From assembly GCA_964057225.1 (NCBI GenBank), contig OZ059895.1, positions 12,400,001-12,464,000 of the forward strand: a DNA stretch of 64,000 bases. The letters run 5' to 3'. Position numbers and translations under genes: made by a program. Positions 57,913 through 64,000 of the stretch are shown here, in pieces (positions within the stretch are counted from its first letter, which is position 1; each line of letters starts with the position of its first letter). The DNA comes from Auanema rhodensis. Its lineage: Eukaryota > Animalia > Nematoda. Below the pieces are notes generated by a model, which saw only the letters and a list, made by a program, of their open reading frames with translations, did no database searches and had not been told where the DNA came from.

Positions 57913-58721
57913 TTTCAAATTTTTTTAACGATCATACCACGTTGAAAGTACGCCATGCAGCTGATTTTCAATTTTATCTCTTCAGTAACAAATGTTTTTA
58001 ATTTTCCAGCAGTTTTACTTAGATAGCTCAACCCAAGGCAACAAAATATCTTCAATCTTATTTCTATATTACAGTTATAAATCAGTAGTTTATGAACCTT
58101 CATCTTAACTTTACTGTTTCTATCTATTTCCTATTGAAACAAACATTGTTTTAACACTATACAACTGTGAAACCTTTTTTAATTTATTGTATTTGGAGCT
58201 CATAAGATTTGATATCATCGAGGAATTTAGATGTAACGTAGAAAATTACATAACTAACATGAAATTGGAAAAAAAACAATAACGAGGATAAGTATGTAAA
58301 TCATTGAATATCAGATTTTTTCGCTTACGACCATACCACGTTGAAAGTACGCCATGCAGCTGATTTTCAATTTTATCTCTTCCGTAACAAATGTTTTTAA
58401 TTTTCCAGCAGTTTTACTTAGATAGCTCAACCCAAGGCATCAAAATATCTTCAATCTTATTTCTATATTACAGTTATAAACCAGTAGTTTATGAACCTTC
58501 ATTTTAACTTTACTGTTTCTATCTATTTCCTATTGAAACAAACATTGTTTAAACACTATACAACTGTGAAACCTTTTTTAATTTATTGTATTTGGATCTC
58601 ATAAGATTTGATATCATCGAGGGATTCAGATGTAACGTAGAAAATTACATAACTAACATGAAATTGGAAAAAAAACAATAACGAGGATAAGTATGTAAAT
58701 CATTGAATATCAGGTATTTTC

Positions 58722-58840
58722 GCTTACGACCATACCACGTTGAAAGTACGCCATCCCGTCCGATCTGGCAAGTCAAGCAACGTTGGGCCCGGTTAGTACT
58801 TGGATCGGAGACGGCTTGGGAATCCCGGGTGCCGTAAGCT
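58722..58840 (+). rRNA. 5S: 5S rRNA
   Basis: Full 119-nt copy. Confidence 0.95.
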
Positions 58841-59250
58841 TTTCAAATTTTTTTAACGATCATACCACGTTGAAAGTACGCCATGCAGCTGATTTTCAAT
58901 TTTATCTCTTCCGTAACAAATGTTTTCAATTTTCCAGCAGTTTTACTTAGATAGCTCAACCGAAGGCAGCGAATTATCTCTAATCTTATTCCTATATTAC
59001 AGTTATAAACCAGTAGTTTATGAACCTTCATCTTAACTTTACTGTTTCTATCTATTTCCTATTGAAACAAACATTGTTTAAACACTATACAACTGTGAGA
59101 CCTTTTTTAATTTATTGTATTTGGATCTCATAAGATTTGATATCATCGAGGGATTTAGATGTAACGTAGAAAATTACATAACTAACATGAAATTGGAAAA
59201 AAAACAATAACGAGGATAAGTATGTAAATCATTGAATATCAGATATTTTT

Positions 59251-59369
59251 GCTTACGACCATACCACGTTGAAAGTACGCCATCCCGTCCGATCTGGCAA
59301 GTCAAGCAACGTTGGGCCCGGTTAGTACTTGGATCGGAGACGGCTTGGGAATCCCGGGTGCCGTAAGCT
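59251..59369 (+). rRNA. 5S: 5S rRNA
   Basis: Full 119-nt copy. Confidence 0.95.
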
Positions 59370-59797
59370 TTTCAAATTTTTTTAACGATCATACCACGTT
59401 GAAAGTACGCAATGCAGCTGATTTTCAATTTTATCTCTTCAGTAACAAATGTTTTTAATTTTCCAGCAGTTTTACTTAGATAGCTCAACCCAAGGCATCA
59501 AAACAACCCAAGGCATCAAAATATCTTCAATCTTATTTCTATATTACAGTTATAAACCAGTAGTTTATGAACCTTCATCTTAACTTTACTGTTTCTATCT
59601 ATTTCCTATTGAAACAAACATTGTTTAAACACTATACAACTGTGAAACCTTTTTTAATTTATTGTATTTGGATCTCATAAGATTTGATATCATCGAGGGA
59701 TTTAGATGTTACGTAGAAAATTACATAACTAACATGAAATTGGAAAAAAAACAATAACGAGGATAAGTATGTAAATCATTGAATATCAGGTATTTTC

Positions 59798-59916
59798 GCT
59801 TACGACCATACCACGTTGAAAGTACGCCATCCCGTCCGATCTGGCAAGTCAAGCAGCGTTGGGCCCGGTTAGTACTTGGATCGGAGACGGCTTGGGAATC
59901 CCGGGTTGCGTAAGCT
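59798..59916 (+). rRNA. 5S: 5S rRNA (A59G, G110T, C111G)
   Basis: Full 119-nt copy. Confidence 0.9.
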
Positions 59917-60990
59917 TTTCAAATTTTTTTAACGATCATACCACGTTGAAAGTACGCAATGCAGCTGATTTTCAATTTTATCCCTTCCGTAACAAATGTT
60001 TTGAATTTTCCAGCAGTTTTACTTAGATAGCTCAACCCAAGGCATCAAAATATCTTCAATCTTATTTCTATATTACAGTTATAAACCAGTAGTTTATGAA
60101 CCTTCATCTTAACTTTACTGTTTCTATCTGTTTCCTATTGAAACAAACATTGTTTAAACACAATACAACTGTGAAACCTTTTTTAATTTATTGTATTTGG
60201 ATCTCATAAGATTTGATATCATCGAGGGATTTAGATGTAACGTAGAAAATTACATAACTAACATGAAATTGGAAAAAAAACTTTTACTTAGATAGCTCAA
60301 CCCAAGGCATCAAAATGTCTTCAATCTTATTTCTATATTACAGTTATAAACCAGTAGTTTATGAACCTTCATCTTAACTTTACTGTTTCTATCTATTTCC
60401 TATTGAAACAAACATTGTTTAAACACTATACAACTGTGAAACCTTTTTTAATTTATTGTATTTGGATCTCATAAGATTTGATGTCATCGAGGGATTTAGA
60501 TGTAACGTAGAAAATTACATAACTAACACGAAATTGGAAAAAAAACAATAACGAGGATAAGTATGTAAATCATTGAATATCAGATTTTTTCGCTTACGAC
60601 CATACCACGTTTAAAGTACGCCATGCAGCTGATTTTCAATTTTATCTCTTCCGTAACAAATGTTTTTAATTTTCCAGCAGTTTTACTTAGATAGCTCAAC
60701 CCAAGGCATCAAAATATCTTCAATCTTATTTCTATATTACAGTTATAAACCAGTAGTTTATGAACCTTCATTTTAACTTTACTGTTTCTATCTATTTCCT
60801 ATTGAAACAAACATTGTTTTAACACTATACAACTGTGAAACCTTTTTTAATTTATTGTATTTGGAGCTCATAAGATTTGATATCATCGAGGAATTCAGAT
60901 GTAACGTAGAAAGTTACATAACTAACATGAAATTGGAAAAAAAACAATAACGAGGATAAGTATGTAAATCATTGAATATCAGGTATTTTC

Positions 60991-61109
60991 GCTTACGACC
61001 ATACCACGTTGAAAGTACGCCATCCCGTCCGATCTGGCAAGTCAAGCAACGTTGGGCCCGGTTAGTACTTAGATCGGAGACGGCTTGGGAATCCCGGGTG
61101 CCGTAAGCT
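60991..61109 (+). rRNA. 5S: 5S rRNA (G81A)
   Basis: Full 119-nt copy. Confidence 0.93.
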
Positions 61110-61918
61110 TTTCAAATTTTTTTAACGATCATACCACGTTGAAAGTACGCCATGCAGCTGATTTTCAATTTTATCTCTTCAGTAACAAGTGTTTTTAATT
61201 TTCCAGCAGTTTTACTTAGATAGCTCAACCCAAGGCATCAAAATATCTTCAATCTTATTTCTATATTACAGTTATAAATCAGTAGTTTATGAGCCTTCAT
61301 CTTAACTTTACTGTTTCTATCTATTTCTTATTGAAACAAACATTGTTTTAACACTATACAACTGTGAAACCTTTTTTAATTTATTGTATTTGGAGCTCAT
61401 AAGATTTGATATCATCGAGGAATTTAGATGTAACGTAGAAAATTACATAACTAACATGAAATTGGAAAAAAAACAATAACGAGGATAAGTATGTAAATAA
61501 TTGAATATCAGATTTTTTCGCTTACGACCATACCACGTTGAAAGTACGCAATGCAGCTGATTTTCAATTTTATCTCTTCCGTAACAAATGTTTTTAATTT
61601 TCCAGCAGTTTTACTTAGATAGCTCAACCCAAGGCATCAAAATATCTTCAATCTTATTTCTATATTACAGTTATAAACCAGTAGTTTATGAACCTTCATC
61701 TTAACTTTACTGTTTCTATCTATTTCCTATTGAAACAAACATTGTTTAAACACTATACAACTGTGAAACCTTTTTTAATTTATTGTATTTGGATCTCATA
61801 AGATTTGATATCATCGAGGAATTCAGATGTAACGTAGAAAATTACATAACTAACATGAAATTGGAAAAAAAACAATAACGAGGATAAGTATGTAAATCAT
61901 TGAATATCAGGTATTTTC

Positions 61919-62037
61919 GCTTACGACCATACCACGTTGAAAGTACGCCATCCCGTCCGATCTGGCAAGTCAAGCAACGTTGGGCCCGGTTAGTACTTAG
62001 ATCGGAGACGGCTTGGGAATCCCGGGTGCCGTAAGCT
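61919..62037 (+). rRNA. 5S: 5S rRNA (G81A)
   Basis: Full 119-nt copy. Confidence 0.93.
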
Positions 62038-62846
62038 TTTCAAATTTTTTTAACGATCATACCACGTTGAAAGTACGCCATGCAGCTGATTTTCAATTTT
62101 ATCTCTTCAGTAACAAATGTTTTTAATTTTCCAGCAGTTTTACTTAGATAGCTCAACCCAAGGCAACAAAATATCTTCAATCTTATTTCTATATTACAGT
62201 TATAAATCAGTAGTTTATGAACCTTCATCTTAACTTTACTGTTTCTATCTATTTCCTATTGAAACAAACATTGTTTTAACACTATACAACTGTGAAACCT
62301 TTTTTAATTTATTGTATTTGGAGCTCATAAGATTTGATATCATCGAGGAATTTAGATGTAACGTAGAAAATTACATAACTAACATGAAATTGGAAAAAAA
62401 ACAATAACGAGGATAAGTATGTAAATCATTGAATATCAGATTTTTTCGCTTACGACCATACCACGTTGAAAGTACGCCATGCAGCTGATTTTCAATTTTA
62501 TCTCTTCCGTAACAAATGTTTTTAATTTTCCAGCAGTTTTACTTAGATAGCTCAACCCAAGGCATCAAAATATCTTCAATCTTATTTCTATATTACAGTT
62601 ATAAACCAGTAGTTTATGAACCTTCATTTTAACTTTACTGTTTCTATCTATTTCCTATTGAAACAAACATTGTTTAAACACTATACAACTGTGAAACCTT
62701 TTTTAATTTATTGTATTTGGATCTCATAAGATTTGATATCATCGAGGGATTCAGATGTAACGTAGAAAATTACATAACTAACATGAAATTGGAAAAAAAA
62801 CAATAACGAGGATAAGTATGTAAATCATTGAATATCAGGTATTTTC

Positions 62847-62965
62847 GCTTACGACCATACCACGTTGAAAGTACGCCATCCCGTCCGATCTGGCAAGTCA
62901 AGCAACGTTGGGCCCGGTTAGTACTTGGATCGGAGACGGCTTGGGAATCCCGGGTGCCGTAAGCT
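62847..62965 (+). rRNA. 5S: 5S rRNA
   Basis: Full 119-nt copy. Confidence 0.95.
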
Positions 62966-63375
62966 TTTCAAATTTTTTTAACGATCATACCACGTTGAAA
63001 GTACGCCATGCAGCTGATTTTCAATTTTATCTCTTCCGTAACAAATGTTTTCAATTTTCCAGCAGTTTTACTTAGATAGCTCAACCGAAGGCAGCGAATT
63101 ATCTCTAATCTTATTCCTATATTACAGTTATAAACCAGTAGTTTATGAACCTTCATCTTAACTTTACTGTTTCTATCTATTTCCTATTGAAACAAACATT
63201 GTTTAAACACTATACAACTGTGAGACCTTTTTTAATTTATTGTATTTGGATCTCATAAGATTTGATATCATCGAGGGATTTAGATGTAACGTAGAAAATT
63301 ACATAACTAACATGAAATTGGAAAAAAAACAATAACGAGGATAAGTATGTAAATCATTGAATATCAGATATTTTT

Positions 63376-63494
63376 GCTTACGACCATACCACGTTGAAAG
63401 TACGCCATCCCGTCCGATCTGGCAAGTCAAGCAACGTTGGGCCCGGTTAGTACTTGGATCGGAGACGGCTTGGGAATCCCGGGTGCCGTAAGCT
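63376..63494 (+). rRNA. 5S: 5S rRNA
   Basis: Full 119-nt copy. Confidence 0.95.
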
Positions 63495-63922
63495 TTTCAA
63501 ATTTTTTTAACGATCATACCACGTTGAAAGTACGCAATGCAGCTGATTTTCAATTTTATCTCTTCAGTAACAAATGTTTTTAATTTTCCAGCAGTTTTAC
63601 TTAGATAGCTCAACCCAAGGCATCAAAACAACCCAAGGCATCAAAATATCTTCAATCTTGTTTCTATATTACAGTTATAAACCAGTAGTTTATGAACCTT
63701 CATCTTAACTTTACTGTTTCTATCTATTTCCTATTGAAACAAACATTGTTTAAACACTATACAACTGTGAAACCTTTTTTAATTTATTGTATTTGGATTT
63801 CATAAGATTTGATATCATCGAGGGATTTAGATGTTACGTAGAAAATTACATAACTAACATGAAATTGGAAAAAAAACAATAACGAGGATAAGTATGTAAA
63901 TCATTGAATATCAGGTATTTTC

Positions 63923-64000
63923 GCTTACGACCATACCACGTTGAAAGTACGCCATCCCGTCCGATCTGGCAAGTCAAGCAGCGTTGGGCCCGGTTAGTAC
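63923..64000 (+). rRNA. 5S: 5S rRNA (partial, cut by window end; A59G)
   Basis: First 78 nt of 5S. Confidence 0.9.

Larger units (their letters stand above)
35998..64000 (+). repeat. 5S rDNA tandem array, right segment (38 full 5S genes + 1 truncated by window end)
   Basis: Same monomer family. Periods of 2404/3333 bp occur at ~41-49 kb and 4125/3726 bp at ~49-64 kb. Confidence 0.97.

Noticed and set aside
460-63156. Recurrent 62-, 64- and 96-aa ORFs in the array (MTCQIGRDG..., MFLIFQQF..., MKVHKLL...)
   Set aside because: They are translations of antisense 5S or AT-rich spacer, and they appear or vanish with poly-A length and single SNPs.

Overview
Eukaryotic genomic DNA, most likely nematode (inferred from the close resemblance of the 5S gene to C. 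elegans 5S and from nematode-type BEL features). About 43 kb is a tandem 5S rDNA array with 54 complete 119-nt 5S genes plus one cut by the window end. Gene-bearing units (~530 bp) are mixed with ~400-bp units that carry only the first 33 nt of 5S, and the units form local higher-order repeats. Two young, full-length, envelope-bearing LTR retroelements interrupt the array, both co-oriented with 5S. (1) 9925-20841 is a Ty3/Gypsy element with 340-bp LTRs ending TG..CG, a 4-bp TSD (TAGC) and a tRNA-Gln PBS. Its gene order is unusual: a class III, herpes-gB/chuvirus-G-like fusion glycoprotein sits in frame BETWEEN Gag and protease (Gag-signal-Env-TM-PR-RT-RH-IN), followed by an orphan 3' ORF. This copy has a stop in PR and lacks the RT catalytic core. 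(2) 26224-35997 is a BEL/Pao (Belpaoviridae) element with a 5-bp TSD (ACGAG) and one open 2643-aa polyprotein. The polyprotein ends in a phlebovirus-like class II Gc preceded by a Gn reduced to about 30 aa. The element also has a bipartite tRNA-Gly primer site and a 3' accessory ORF with a second triple zinc knuckle. The Gag-Env-Pol Gypsy architecture is the strongest candidate for an undescribed system. All family assignments come from recognising motifs by eye; no searches were run.
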